Shown here piece after piece: positions 24,575 to 39,505 of a stretch of 64,000 nucleotides of DNA. The notes beneath the pieces were generated by a model. The model had not been told where the DNA came from, ran no database searches, and saw nothing but the letters and a program-made list of their open reading frames with translations. Numbering within the stretch: position 1 is the stretch's first letter; each line of letters begins with the position of its first letter. This stretch comes from Penicillus capitatus. Taxonomy: Eukaryota > Plantae > Chlorophyta. The stretch covers positions 984,865-1,048,864 of the forward strand of contig OZ287705.1 of assembly GCA_965649825.1 (NCBI GenBank), given 5' to 3'. The position numbers and the translations under genes were made by a program.

Positions 24575-27500
24575 TCATATCCAAGGCATCCATCCTTCGT
24601 ACATTCTGCACAAATTGCGCATATCTGTGGCCTGTGAAATGAGCTGATCTGTAAGGTCTTGGGCTGTACATGCTTCGTTGAGAGAGTCATCCTCCGTCCA
24701 TCCGTTCAATCGACGACGAAAATCGTGCATGACCGTATTGGCATAGTCCAATTGCTCAGATCTCAGTGCCTTGGTCAGCCTGGGAGCGTCGAGAGAAGGG
24801 GACCAGACGAGCGATGACGTATTGGCATCGCCGTGCATGTGTGTCTCCACGAGATCGTTCTCTTCCGACAAGATCTCTGTCTCGACCACTCTGGGCTCCA
24901 ATGAGAAATCCTCCTGCAGATCTGTCTGCGAGAAATGCTCTGTCAGGGCAACCCACGTCTTTTCTTCCCTTGATTCCTGCATCCAGTCCACGCTGCACTG
25001 GAAAACAGAAATGAGGTGTTGGCAAGTGCACTTGAGGCTTGGACAGACATGGGCCCGTCAGAACATGCGGCTCTGCTGTATCGATCAGATCATGCATGCT
25101 TTCCGTGAGCTGATTGAGCGCGTCGACTAGACCTTCCAGCTCACCGACCCTCTGTACAGAGCGTATGCTCAACATGGCAGCGGTGTGCATAGGGAGGCAT
25201 CTTTACTTGAGTGATGACTGTCTGGAAGCACTCGGTCGATGTATCTTGATCCATCAGTCCTTCCAATAGCTTCATTTCGTTGATTTCATCAAGATCTTGA
25301 TGCTCTGTGTCTTTCCATGCTGTCTGGAGCTCCACAGAGATGTCCAAAAACGATTCAGCCGTCAGCCGGGAGTCTTGCAAGACACTCTCGAGCGTCGATT
25401 GCGCATAGCGTGCCCTTCTGTGCAACTCCTCTGTCTGCTTATGACTGTTCATCATCTTCAGCATCTCTTGCAGCCATGGACCTGAGAGATACCACATCGA
25501 AAGGGCTCATCTCCGAGGCATCGCTCACAGATTTTTTCGTTAAGACATGTCAATGCCTGGGTATGCTGTTCACTGGCTTCTTCTGTCAGCTGTACAAGTT
25601 TCTGTGCACTCTCTTGGAGCACGGGGATGTCTTCAGAAAACTGGCGTTTCCATCTTGTCCATTCCATCGACTGCTGTTCCCGTTGCAGATGAAACTCCCT
25701 GATTGCTGCTTCGCGTGAAATGAGTTGATGTTGACAGCTAGATGTCACATCTTCTGCACATGTCAAGCTCTGCTGCTCTCGATCGTAAGCATTCAGCCAC
25801 ATCTCAAAATTCACAAAAGACTCGTTCTTTGGATGCTCTCCTACAAAACAGGTCGCCTTCATCTCAATGTCTCCACTCCTGCTGGTCTTGCCTGGGTTCC
25901 ATGTGTATCCCAGTCTAGACAGTTCGAACTGTATGATGATCTGTACAGTGTTGAGCATTCCAGAGATGTGCTGCGTTGCCCCTTGCCTCCATGTCTGACG
26001 CCCATCGATCATCATCTGCATCGCCTGTACAAGTTCCATAGATGCCTCTTCATCTGCACACCCCTGTAGTTGAGATATGAGATGCTGCTGTAGCTGATAA
26101 GCAGCCTCTTTGCCAAGGTTGTCACACTCCTCCACAGATGCCTGCATCTTCAGTAGATTCTCAAGGGGCTCCTTCATTTCGTCAATGAGTGTCCTGCGCT
26201 GAGGGACAGCGACATCTGCAAAGTCGCCACGCTGTCTGAGGTAGAGCTCCAGATGTGGATGTTCTCCATCCAGTTCTTCTTCATGGCACCATTCTAGGGC
26301 TGCCAAGTGATGCAGTCGGGTCTCCTGATCTGGATGATCGCCGTTTGCCCAAGACAGCAGACTCTGATGTCGCAATGCAGCACAAACATAGGAACCATGC
26401 GACACCAGACACTCCCACACTTTATTCACCTCCAGTTCAAGCAGATATCCCTCTCCTGTGAAGCTGCCGCATAAAATTTCTGCCTTGCTTCGTAGGGGAC
26501 GCACCTAACATTCCGTTGACGATGGGGGACATGTTTAGGTCCGTTATGGACACCAGTCGCGTCAAATGATCCACCAGAACTGGCCTGATTTTCTGTTCAA
26601 AGATTGCCGTATAGTGCTGATCGATCAGAGATTCCATTCGAGTACTATCTACTGTGATATCTGTCATGGCATTGTACGCAAACTGCGTCAATGTCTGCAA
26701 TAGCGTGGTATTGTCGAGAAGCTCTTCCAAAGTGTATGTCGAATTTGGCAGTTGCCCAGAAGTTACCCCATGGTCGAGATGACCCCGCGGCGATCGAAAT
26801 GTCCACAGATCCTTCTCTGCTGCCTTCTGTGACTCAAACACCTGTCATCGCACACCTCCTTCACACTCAGTCGGTGCTCATCGCGCATAAACCTTGAAAA
26901 AGGCATGGAGGATGGGGAAATGTGTGTTGCCCCATTCTCTGGACGAGAGATTCAGTTCGATCGGAGGATCTTCTTCGTTTTCGATTCGGACAGATCGAGA
27001 TGGAGATCCACAGAGGTGCTGCATGAATCTCTGGGTGAGAATTTCCAATTCCCCTTCCAGAAGGGCAATTCTCTGGTTCTTGAAATCCTGGTCCTTCTCT
27101 GCGCTTGTATCCCATCGACTCTGCAGTATCTGCAATTTAGAAGTGAGATGCTGTTGATGCTGAGCCATAGACTGAATCTCTGTCTGTGTCAAATCCACTT
27201 CCACAGCCATGCGTTCATTCAGCTTCTCCAATTCTGCCTTAGCCTTCAGCCTCTGGCCTTCATATCCTCCAACAAATTCCACGAGATCCTGATGCTGAGC
27301 TTCCAGCTCTTGATTCTTTTGATTCAGAAGGCAACACTGCTGTTGATGATGCGCAAACCTCTCGGCCATTTCTCCTGCCTTTTCCTGCAATCCTGTCATC
27401 CAAAGAAACGAAATCAGATGCTCAGCACTGGCCTCGATCTGCCCAACCCGATTCCATGAAGCAGTGTAGATCGATGAGGGCGCCGTTGTGTATGTCTTGA

Positions 27501-30500
27501 ACGATGATAGAGATCTGTGAGATGTATCGTTGGACGGCATCGAGCCAGCGACATCCTGACCCGATAGCATCACCATCCATCACCTCCATATCCCACACTC
27601 TCATTAAGAATTCCTAAAGGCAACCAAGAGTGCTCGTGCATGTGCTGTCGCTGTGCCGAGACAAACATGGTGTGAATGTGACCGACGGAAGAGAGTGAAG
27701 ACTTGAGCGAGTCCAGCGACATGCTCCACCCAATCGGACACTGTCCACGAATTCCTGGCTTCGTTGGATGTCAAGAGATTCAGGAATCGTTGACAGATGC
27801 CATGGAAGATTCTTTCAAAGGCATCTCGCTTCCATCCATTGGCCATACCGCTCTGTACAGGGGCGCTCTTCAGCACGGCTTCTTTCTTGACGCGTGGCAA
27901 TATCTCTGGCTCCGCCTTGCACAACATGGATTCAATGCGCTCTTGTACATAACGATATGCCGTGCTCAGTGTCCCATACATCTGCTGTACATCCTGTTGG
28001 GGCAGGCACAGGGTCATTTGATCTTCAGCGGTGTGTGTGGTGAGGGACAGAGCGTGCTCAAATGCGACCATCCATTTGAAATGATGACTGCTGCGGAGGT
28101 ACTCGACAGAGAAGAGCACTCTCACAATACCGACGTACTTATACATCGCGTCCAGCATCGCCATGAACTGAATCTCTCTTGCCTGATCCACCAAGGCACG
28201 TTGTTGATCGACGGCAAGACATTCATCGATGATCTCTTTTGGCAGTAGGGTTGCTGGGGAATGCTCGCCAAACAGATGGCCCAGAATCGAATCCCGAGCA
28301 GTGGGTGTCACGAAATCCATTCGGTATGGAGCACAGGCCGAATTCCATTGATCCTTTGAAAGAAGAAGCAACTCGTCGGACTGGTAGAATAGAACCAAGA
28401 GCAGATGGCCATGACGATAGCACCAGTTTTGAGTGAGTTTCAGAATCTGTTCCAGTGTCTCGTGCGCTTCGAAAAGGGACTGGCGATGCTCGTGGCTCAG
28501 GATCTCCTGTTTCTGGATCTCTGATCGGCACACGTCCTCTGCAGATATCTCAACTTCCAACAGGTTTCCAATTTCGGATTCCTTTTGCTGCAGGCAGTGT
28601 TGTTCATTCAACAATCGCCGGCAGGCGGCAACGGCACAGAGAAACTGATGTGACGTGTCCTTGATGTTGTGCAGTGCGGCGATGTAGTCTTCGATGACTT
28701 CTGCCTCGAGGCGATGCAGCAGGAGCCGGAGTTGCAGAGAGAGCTCCAAATTCTGATGGAAGGCACGTCTGCTGCGTTCGGATGTCCAATCCATGACTGG
28801 ATCTTTGAGCATGGCTTCCAGAAAGACCATGAGGATTCGCTCATGCTGGCGTAGAATCTTCAGTCCTTCAGAAAAGACACTTCGAAACACGCCTTGCAAT
28901 CCACCACACCCCATGGCCACCTAAATCACACTTCTCACACATCTGTCCCATCATCACCGCAGCAATGACCACCTCAATTGCACGGGTCATTCTGAAAGGA
29001 ACAATTTCGGGTACTCTGAGCTTCTCCCCACTGCCAAAGCAGAGGTTGAAGTCGATGTTGACCACTTCAGCCGTGTTCATGTCGAACAACATGTTATCCA
29101 AATGACGATCTCCGATGCCCAGGAGATAGCACAGCATGTTGCCCAGAGCAACAGACTCGGCAAATCGCTGCGTCTTCTTCCACTGTACAGCAGGACTGGC
29201 TGAAATGCCACGAATCTCATTGAACAAGAAATCAGGAGACGCCTCAGATTGCAGCTTCTCAAACACCTAAACACATTCCTGCAGCAGCACGCCATCGTCC
29301 ATCTCTCACACCTTTTCCAGAATCTCAGGGGCAATGGAGGTCCTGGATGCTGTTCGTGGGAGATTTGCTTCGCGGAGAGTCGTATTCAGAGCTTTCTGAA
29401 AAGCGTCTTTCGGATGATGCGTGACAAGCATAGAGATCGGTTTCGCTTCGGACAGTGATGCATTCATCTCCTTCAGTTTCTTCAGCTGACGGTGTTGCCA
29501 CTGACGAAACAATGCGTAGAAAGAGACCGTCTTATCGACCCATTCGATCAGACCGATATGGTTGCCCAGTGGTGTCACACTGTAGACACGGGGTTCCTGA
29601 AAACGGTGGGCCACCATGAGTGTGTTCATCACACGAATGAACTGCAACAGGCGTTGATCAATGTGCAGATCTTCTTTACCCTTCAGCAGAAAGCAATAGG
29701 ATTTTCCATTCGAACCGATCAGGGAGAGTTTCTTCGGACGTGTCTTCGTCGAGAGAATTTCAATCTTCTGTCCAAAACGCGCGACTGTCACACTTTTGTC
29801 GTCCACACCTGATCCATAGGTCACACATAATTGCTGGGAGTAGAGGGATGTCACCAGGCATAGGGATCTGCGTGTCTTTGAGGCTTGCGAGTCTGGGGGA
29901 GATCTGATCGAAAGGCGGCAGCGGTAGTTTCACTTCCTCCGCCGCTTCCTTCAACAGCGTCTTCAATTGAGCCCATTTCTTCTGAATCTCTCGCGGATCG
30001 AAGTCCTCCAGTGGCGCTTCTAGAGATGCGATGACTGCTTCGCATCTGGTTTGATGCTTTGCCCAGTAATGCCGTTCGAATGGCGTTTCGCAGCACTGTG
30101 ACTGTTTCTCACGGAAGCCCCTTCTGAGTGACTCTGCCAACGGTTGCATCACGAGTGCGTAGCTGGTCTTCAGGATGTCCGGCCATTCGGATGTTTCCGT
30201 CTGAGAACGGATCCGTTTTATCTCTTCATTGAGGACAGCCAGACGCACTTGGCTCTCAAGCTGTGCATCCGATATGAAAGCGAGCCATTCCTCCGAGAGC
30301 AATGCATGAACGCGCTGCAGTTCTTCCATAAAGAGCGAGACATCGTGGAGCAGCTGTGGATTCTGCTGTCGGAAGCTATCCATCAGTTCCTCAATTTCTT
30401 CCAGAATGGCATCGTCTCCAGCCTTCTCTTTGTTCCATTCGTCCATGAGGGCATACAGGATACGAGAGGGCGCTACGGCAGTAATGTCTTTAAGTATGCG

Positions 30501-33500
30501 CACCAGACATCGACGGACGTTTCGGTTTGTGTGATTCAGAATAGAGAAGAGCTGACTGGAGAGCTGCTTCCAGATGTGTGGCGAGATGGTGCAGATGTCT
30601 TCCATCAGATCTTCATCCAGAAAGACGGATCCATGATTCTTCAGAAGATCAAAAAGCTCAATGAGGATCTCCACATCCACTTCTGTCACATCACAGAGAT
30701 GCAGACATTTGGCCATCGCTTTGGCAGCGTTTTGCAGAAGGGAAATCTGATCGATGACATTGTCTCTGTTCGACAAAAGCATCTGACTAAATTGCTTCCA
30801 GGCCCAAAAGTGCTTCGGACAGCGTTCCAGTGCATGGGCCATGCAATAGGCTTGAATCTGGGAAACGGAACCCAGAGTGCTGGGTCTTCTCACGGGAGAT
30901 CTGTGACCTTCGGTCAGCTGCTGATAGTACTGGCTTTGAAAGATGTGCGTCACATCAGGAACGTGAACAGAGGCCAGAGCTTCATCAAGAAGGGGTCTAT
31001 CTACATAACGATTTAGGATTTGTGCAAAGCGTCCTAGCCAAAGGGAGAGGAATTCAGATGTTGATGGATCAACATCAGGTTCTGCCGTTTCTGCTGCTTT
31101 CACATGTCGAATAAGCACATTCCAGAAATGCACGAGCATCAGATGCGCTTGTTTATCATTGGTGCCGTCCATAAGTGCCAATTTGCATTTGACAGCAGCA
31201 AAGGCAAACTGCAGACGGAGGTCCTCGTTGCCAATGTCTTCTTGAATGGATTTGATCAGACGTGCAGCGTGGTCAGCGTTGTCACGTTCAGTGGCAATGT
31301 GGGCCAAGATCAAAGCAATGGCACATCTTGCTTCTGTACTGCCCATTGCAGACGCCAATCGATGGATATTCATCAGCCATGCAACATCCAGACCACGGCT
31401 GCTCAACAATTTGCCACGCCCCATTCTTTCCACCTCTTTGGGAAAGAGGTACATCAGCACGAAATCAGGGGTGTGCATTTGGGCGACAAAGCACAGCGGT
31501 TCCAGGAGAGAAGTGGCATCATCTGTCAGCATCGCATGCATCGCCCTGAGGATCTCCGCCTGCTGATCACATGCATTATTCATCAGCAGATGACGTCGTT
31601 GCAGTATACTATTCCAGATAGTATCGGACATCTTGTCCTCCTCCACATGTACACCGTGTTGCTTGAGACAGCGGTGGACGGTCAGGACAGAATGGGCCGT
31701 TGAGAGATTCTGCATATCTGTATCGAACGTCTGCGATTGCCACGTCACCAATCGCTCGACGACACTGTCAAGGCTTCCACGATCCACAAGCATTTCAAGC
31801 TCCATGCATTCCGCATCGACCATGATGACGTCTGTCATCTCAGGGAGTTCTTTTGCCTTGGCAAGTGCCTCCCAGTCCGCCACTCGACGATGGCACACAC
31901 AGAGACGTTTGAGCAGAAAGAGCTGGAGAAGACGGATTCCGGGGAGAAGAGATGACTGGATCTCTGTCGAGACGCCCTCTGTCAATTCCTCGTAGACATG
32001 TCGCACGAGACTGTACTGTTGCTGGTAGTGTTCTTGAGCATGTTCGAATTTTCCTTTCGCTTCCAAAGACATCCCTTCCATCCACAGCAGCAGTCCTCTC
32101 CCATCCATCTCTGCAAGGCACTGCATCCAGTCATCTGCAAAGGGCTTTAGCTCTCGTTGCAATCCCAGAATGGATGCAGGGGAGGAGAGATGGATCAGTG
32201 CCAGACATGTCATCTGGATCCCCTCTATAAACTGTTGGAAGAAATGCGTGAGCTCGTCGATGAACTCTTTCGATGGTTCTTGCCGAACTTTGAGGACGGT
32301 CTGCTTAGGCACCGTGCATTGCTGCAGTTCGGAGAGATACGATTTCGTCTTCTGGCATTGCTGCTGAAGGAATACGGTGCCCAATTGTGCCGCAAGGTGA
32401 TGGAAACCACATTTCTGACTGACAAAGAGCTGCTTAAAGATCAGTCGACTGAAGCCCTTTTCAAAAACGGCTTTGTTGGCAGAATAGTAGGCCCATGTCG
32501 ATTGCGGAGGAGATCGAGTGAAATGCGCTCCATCGTAGCCACAGAACGTCTGTTGCTGAAGTCCCGAGACAAATTCCAACAGCAGCCAGACATGAAAGAG
32601 ATCGACAGGCTTTCGATCCTGAATATGCTGCTTGAGATCAGATAGACACTCTTCTGCAATCTTCAGCAGTTTCGACGGTCCGGATTCGATGGAGCGAAAT
32701 CGACTGGCCACGATAAACTTCGCCGCTTCGTGCACCAGCAGATGCGATTTCTCAGCCAGTGTTGACACTTCGTCCATTTTCAGAATGGATGTTTTGGTTT
32801 CGTCTGCGAGACTGGGAGACAGTCCTTGGCCAAAAGACTCGATCCAGTCCGTGGAAGTGATCTCCAATTTGCTGGGCATTGTCCCGGACATCATTTTTTT
32901 CAAGAGGGATGCAAGTTGGGAGGATTTAAAGGTGTAGATCTGGGGTTGGAGAACGACCGTCAGAAGACGATGTGCGTTTTGACGGGAGAGATTCTGAAGA
33001 TCGAGCAAGCTGAAATACCCACAGCCTTTCAGGACCTCCAACGTCTTTTCAAAGAGCTCTGTGTTATGACTCGAGGCAAAACGATAGACATGGTACAACA
33101 GATTCTCCGCCGTTGTGAAATGCAGCCGTTTCTCAATAACGACCTGCAGCACCGACAAGAGAGCCTTCTTCTGCATCACTGTTGTCGAGCTTCGAATCTT
33201 TTCCACCAAAAGGTTTTCCAGCTCGATTGGCAGATCTCTATGCGAAGCCATGCTCCGCAGCACTTCGGAGAGCCACTCAAGGAGGAGAAGCAGAAGTTTT
33301 GGCTGCTCTCGTGATGCCGGATTTCTCAATGCAGCCATCAGGGCGTCCAGAACAGGCAAGGGTGTGGATGAGACTTTCCACGCTTTCCTTATCAACCTGA
33401 CAGAATGCAGGAGGACTAACGGATGTAACTCCCTCGGACCTCGATGCAGATCCGAGACAGCTTCCCATACAGGATCCGAAAGATCTTGATGCTTCTCGTC

Positions 33501-35115
33501 ACTCAGACACCGAAAAAACAGTGTCATGGCAAACAGCTGTCGCCTCAGCACTGTCGAATCTGTCGACAGAGGGTGATTCAAGAGACTACTGCTGCCTGAG
33601 TGGACAGCTTGATGCGTGCTATTCAATTGTGTCTGACCTCCAGAAGTGACATGTTGATCTTTTTGATCCCGACCCTGTGTCTGATCGCTGCATGACAGGT
33701 CTTGTAAGAACAGCTGAGTGAAGAAGAGGTGAAGTGATGGGGGTGATGTACACAGGAGGATTTGATAGACGTCAGCGATGGCTTCGACCACCGGCTTCCA
33801 ATGACTGAGGCGCAGTTGATGTAGGCAACTTCCTGTTCCGTATACAGCATGGCACAATCCCTGCATTTCGACCGTGTGCATGAGTTTTTCGGCGAGGACG
33901 CGATGCAGTTGAATAATGGCGGTGGCAACTTCTGGCTGCAACCGCACGGTTTCCAACCCCTCTGCAATGATCTTTGTCACGTGCACAACGGCATTGGGGA
34001 CGCTTCGCTGGATCAAGATCTCGACGGAGATCGCCAATTGCGAGGCCATTCTGTTTGAGTACTCTTTGACGTCGAGACCTCCTCTGCCGATCGAAGGAAT
34101 GAGCTTCAGGGCACGGATCATGCAGCGAACATGTGCCAGGATCTGTGCAAACATTGAAGACGGCAGAAAGGCCGCACAAGATTCGAAGATGGCCAGCAGA
34201 CATGCCGAAGCGTTGAGGAAGACCAGAGCCGCTTCCGATTCTTCAAATTTTGTGTCCAGTTGATTGCACAGGTCTTTCATGATCGTCACAATGAGCCTCG
34301 ATCCGTGTTCAGCATTGTCTTGCCAGTGAGAACGTAGTGAGGAGAAGAAGCTTCGAACCTTGGGTGCGATCTCGCTCGAGACTTCGGGAGCAAATCCCCA
34401 TCCGATCACAAAATCCACCACCTCAATGAACTGATCTCTCACGGCTGATGGAACTTTACACAGCTGCTGCATGACGTCCAGAATGGCACCGAAGACGGAG
34501 ATGGGGCTATCGGATTGGGCAAGGAGTCGACAACACAGTGCAAGCAAAGAAGGGGCCACCGATTTAAAGGCCGTGCCTTCGAGCTCTGCTAAGCACAGCG
34601 TCAAACCTTGAAGGAGTCTCTCGAGGTGATGCAGAGGGAGGCCTTTTCTGCAGATGTGCTGCTGGACCCATGCCACGTAGATGAAGGGATTGATCGATGA
34701 TCCAGAGAAACGCCCGTAGAGGATGGCCACGGTGCCGGTCTTGGCCAGAAATGTTGACAACTGTCCCATCACCTCATCATCCCTAAACCCACAACGCACG
34801 TCACATCAATGACTAGTATTAGAGTGAGGATGCCGCGCACGCACTTTTCTTCGAAGAACAGGTCCGTCAGTCTTTTCCATTTAAAATGCACCGCGTCCAA
34901 TGTATCGCGCAACCTAGACGTCACACTTTTCTCATACATTTTTTTGTTCGCTTTGTCACCTGTCGCGTTGTTCCAAGACACTTTGCAAAGTCGAGAGCGT
35001 CGTTAAACGCAGTTCCTAGGCCGTACGGTCTGTACTGGAGCATCACTTGTGTGCTCTGTACTTTGGGGTGTGCGATGTCGAGCACGTCGGACAACGCTTT
35101 CGATACTTCGGCCAT
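24575..35115 (-). CDS. SMG1: PIKK-family NMD kinase SMG1
   Basis: KTRPKKLSLIGSNGKSYCFLLKGKEDLHIDQRLLQF, YLLGIGDRHLDNML, KLRVPEIVPFRMT, a long post-kinase insertion and the FATC end NLCRMYEGWMPWI*. The 5' end is approximate. Confidence 0.93.
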
Positions 35116-35372
35116 TCGGAGGCGTCGACACGCACTTCTGGAGGTCTTGACAGCACTGAGTCCGTTTGCACTATCTTACTCACTCATAACCGAGACACAC
35201 GATCCAAAACGTTAAGCTCAAGAACGACGTCGGCAAAAAGGAGCACACGATTTCGGAGCGCGTCGCGTCGAAGGGAAGAGATGAAGATAGATTCAGAACG
35301 ACGGCCATCATCATCGCGACTACGCGAACGTACCAACATCGATCCACAGACGCCAGTCGTTTCGCTAAGCAG

Positions 35373-37028
35373 ATGGCGCCTCTTCCCCGGTGGACATACG
35401 AAGAAATTGCCACACATAACAAAGCGACGGACTGTTGGGTGGTCATCGATGACAACGTCTATGACGTCACGCAGTTTGTCCCGCGTCACCCTGGCGGGAA
35501 TATGATCTACCTGAACGCGGGCCGAGAATCGACCCGTCTCTTCGAATCCTATCACAAACGCAGTGTCAAGTAGAGAGATGGCGACATTCGAGATAGACGT
35601 CACATCACGATGGTGCTAGGTCCCTCTTGGCAAAGTACCGAATCGGTACAGTCAAAGATGCCAATCTCTTTAGAATCCAGTTTGCGGACGATGAGAAGGA
35701 TCGCGCGATCTTTGATCGCATTAAAGAAAGAGTGATGCTGCATCTTAAGCAAAAGAAGGTGTACAGGAATGCAGCATCATGGGTTGCCTGCCCCTAATCA
35801 CGTGCGTTTGTGCGGGTGGACAGATCCATCCCCGATTCAGTGTAGCCATGTACGTCAAGACGCTCTTGATCTTGACCAGCTACGCGCTTGCATCCTATCT
35901 CACGCATTTCTGTTTCCTTAACTTCTGGGTAAGTTCCATGCAGAAGGTGCGATGAAGCTATGAGATGTGGTGTTAGCTGTCAGCCCTAGCAGCAGCGATG
36001 ATGGGATTCTTAGCAGCAGAGGTCGGCGTTTCGATACAGCATGATGCCAATCACGGTGCCTATCACTCAAATCCTGCCGTCAACAAGTGGGTAGGCGCTA
36101 CTCTTGACATGGCTGGTAGCTCCTCTTTCATCTGGAAACAGCAGCATGTCTTCGGACATCATGTCTTCACCAACATCGACGGTGTCGATCCAGATATCCG
36201 TGTCAAAGATCCCGATATCCGAAGGGTTACGCAGACTCAACCGTGGCATCGCTATCAGGCAAGAGGGAATTGTCGATGGCGGTATCTGTAGCAATGGACG
36301 GTTGGTTTGTGCAGAGATATCAGCATCTCTATCTGGGTTGGCTCTATGGGTTGTTGGCCATCAAGAGTATCTTCGTTGATGATTTCGTGATGTTGGCAAC
36401 GGGAGTGATCGGTCAGATCCCTGTCAATCACATCCATTTGGAAGAGAAGCTCGTCTTCTTTGGCGGAAAGATCTTCTATGCATGCCATTTCATTCTCCTT
36501 CCACTGCTCTACAGTCACCAATCGTTAACAGAGTTGCTAAAACTGTGGCTCATTGCACAACTGGTCACGGGATGGACACTGGCCTTCATGTTCCAAGTGC
36601 ATCCGCCTCTGCTGTCCTCTCCTCTCTTATGACTCCCTTGCAGGTCAATCATGTCACAGAGGGCGCCGATTTCTATAAAAAGACAGAAGATCGTATGTCT
36701 GTGGGATGGACCCGTTCGCAGATTGAAGGGAGTTCTGATTTTGCCCATGACTCGTGGTTCTGGACACACATCTCGGGAGGACTCAACTATCAAGTACGCC
36801 CATGAGCTGCGAGGGCTTTGCTCTTTTGAAATGGAGTCCGCGTAGATTGTGCATCATCTGTTTCCTTGGATCTGTCATGTCCATTACCCTGAGATCGCCC
36901 CCATCATCAAAGATGTGTGTCGGGAAGAGGGGATCAGATACGTGGTCTATCCGACATTCCTTACTGCCCTTCGAGCACATTTCGGCCACATGAAGACAAC
37001 AGGAAAGGGCACGAAGAAGGATAATTAA
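35373..37028 (+). CDS. Front-end (delta-5-like) fatty acid desaturase with an N-terminal cytochrome b5 domain
   Basis: HPGG heme motif and His boxes QHDANH, QHVFGHH and NYQIVHHLFP. Six introns, one of them GC-AG (from 36259). Regiospecificity is not provable from sequence. Confidence 0.9.
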
Positions 37029-37264
37029 CGGAATCTCTTCAAACGTCTTTTCTTTCATCAAAGACCACCAAATCTGTTAAACTTAACATAACGCTTGTTC
37101 AAACCATTGTCGACAGAACGCCATTCTGCATGGGTGTGTCTTGTCGCGAAGCTGCCAAGAATTGCAACAATCAGATAAGGAAAACGGTTAAGAATGGTGA
37201 GGCGCCATGGGATATCGAAATCAGCAGCGACGGGGAGATATGTCCAGTCAGGTACGGGAATCGA

Positions 37265-39505
37265 TCATGTCTGTGATTGATAGAGGTCAGTAATGATTGT
37301 TTGATACTTTCGCTTCAATTGAGGTCTCTTTAGCTTAAACGTGGGCGTCAATAGATCGTTGTCCACACTGAACTGTTCACTTTCTAGTGCCAGTTTCTTC
37401 ACCTTCTCAAACCTAAAGCCCATAGCCATCGCATCATCGACATGCGATGGGATGGAGGTGAGGTAACAGACCCTTTGAGTTTCTTCTCTTCGGCCTTCCC
37501 AGCGAGAATGGTGTGCATCTCTTCCACCAGTTCGGCATCTTTACACAGGGCAGCGTAATCGTAGGTCTTGCCCTTTGTCGCAGCCCACTGCTGAACAAAT
37601 GCCTCAGTCGGGACCACGATAGCAACAAGGAAATTCTGGAAGGAATCTCCGTGCACCCAGATCTGCTCAATAGCTGTCGAGTCCTTATACGCCCCTTCCA
37701 CTTTCTCCACGGCAACATACTCTCCTTGTGAAAGCTTCAAGATGTTCTTTTTTCGATCGACGAGCTTCAGAGCACCTTCCGGTGTGATCATACCCACATC
37801 CCCTACGACACGAAGCTGCATAGGCATTGAATGAGATGTCACGTCTTGCCTGTGTGGAACCAGCCATCAGCATCCAGCACTTCGTCCGTGAGATTCTGTT
37901 GTTTGTAGTATCCACTGAAAGATGACGTAGCCTTGATACAGACTTCGCCAGTTGGTGGGTTGGCATTGACATCATAGTTCATATCGGGGACAGATTCCAG
38001 GCAAAACTGCACGAGGGGAAAGGGTGGGCCGACGGTTCCGTTCATGGTCGGATCGTCCGGCAGAGAAACGAACGAACCGGCACAGGTCTCTGTCAGACCG
38101 TATCCTTGCACAACGTCTGTGCAGAAGCAGACTTTGAGAAACTCCTCTGTGTGTGGAGCAATGGGAGCGCCGCCGGAAATGATCAAACGCACATTGCCTC
38201 CAAGTCTCTCCTTTACTTTGCTGAAGACCAGTTTGTCGAAGAAGGGACTCGCCTGGACATACCATTCCTTCTTATTTTGTCACTATGGTCGCATTCGTGT
38301 GGCACCTTAGCTTGGGGGATTCCGTCCTTGAGTGCCTGAGATTTTCGGTTGAATCCCCACTTGAAGAGAAACTTCTTTAGGAAGCTGGCATTCTCCACAC
38401 CATGCATCACACGCGTGTAAATACGATCGAAAACGCGAGGGACTCCGATGAAGAGCGTTGGCTTCAGCTCCGCAATGTCCATCACGAGCTTCTGAATCTC
38501 TCCCTGACACAGCAGTCTCTTATATGAAGCTACGAGGAAGTTAACCTCTCCGGCTCACCTGCCAGTATCCAATGGAAGCTCCAAGCTCGATCATCAACTC
38601 CTCGCCCATTCGATCGAAGATGTGAGCAAGGGGCAGATAAGATATATAGCGATCTCCTGGCCCTTGTGGACAGACCGAATCCACAAAAACCTTCATTGAC
38701 CGCACACCGGATGCCACCGCCTTATGTGTGAGCACCACTCCTTTCGGATCACCTAATCTCCAGAAGAGTGAGATCATCAAGAGAAGCATCACACTATCTC
38801 ACCTGTCGTTCCGCTTGTGTACATGATCGTGCAGATGTCTGCGGCGTTCGGCGGATCTGCTGGAACGATTTTTCCTTCGCCCATTTTACTGAATGCCTCA
38901 AAAGAGTGCACGTTCACATTCTCTTCTTGGATGCCACGGATCGACTCTTCATCTTCTTTCCCCCAATAGACAACATTACGGACGTTTGCCTTCATCTTCG
39001 CCATTGCTTTCTGAAGCTTCGTCAGATGAACCCCGTCCGCAAAAATAATGTTCGTTTCTGAGTGATTGACAATAAATTCGACAGCATCTTCGCCAAAGGT
39101 GTCGTAAATGGGCACACAGACGAAGCTCATGCGATTACATGCTTGCATCGCCAACATCCACTCGCGACAGTTGACACCGAAGACGCCAACCTTGGCACCA
39201 CGCTTAACGCCGGCGGCATTCATCGCTGAGGCGATTTTCTCAACGCGCTGTGCCGTTTCGTTATAGCTCCAGAATTGATACGGGCCAGCTTCGCCATCCT
39301 CGCCGATTTTTCGTGCACCCAGACAATCTAAGTCGCCATACTTTTCGACCGCGGTCACGAAGATGCGGTATAACGTCCCTTCGTCCTCCGTCACTGGCGT
39401 CGTTTTGAGAAACTGAGTGGCGGCATAGACGGGCGAACGCGATGGGCGCCCTTCGACCGCACGTGCTTCCTCGACCACACTTAACAACTTATACTGAGGA
39501 GCCAT
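37265..39505 (-). CDS. LACS: Long-chain acyl-CoA synthetase
   Basis: TIMYTSGTTGDPKGV, YISYLPLAHIFDR, VVQGYGLTET, GWFHTGDVG, DRKKNILKLSQGEYVA and LLTPTFKLKRPQL. Confidence 0.95.

Noticed and set aside
7399-35115. Apparent clustering of RNA-processing genes (CWC25, EDC4, YJU2, SMG1)
   Set aside because: They are interspersed with unrelated genes, and the category is large, so chance is sufficient.
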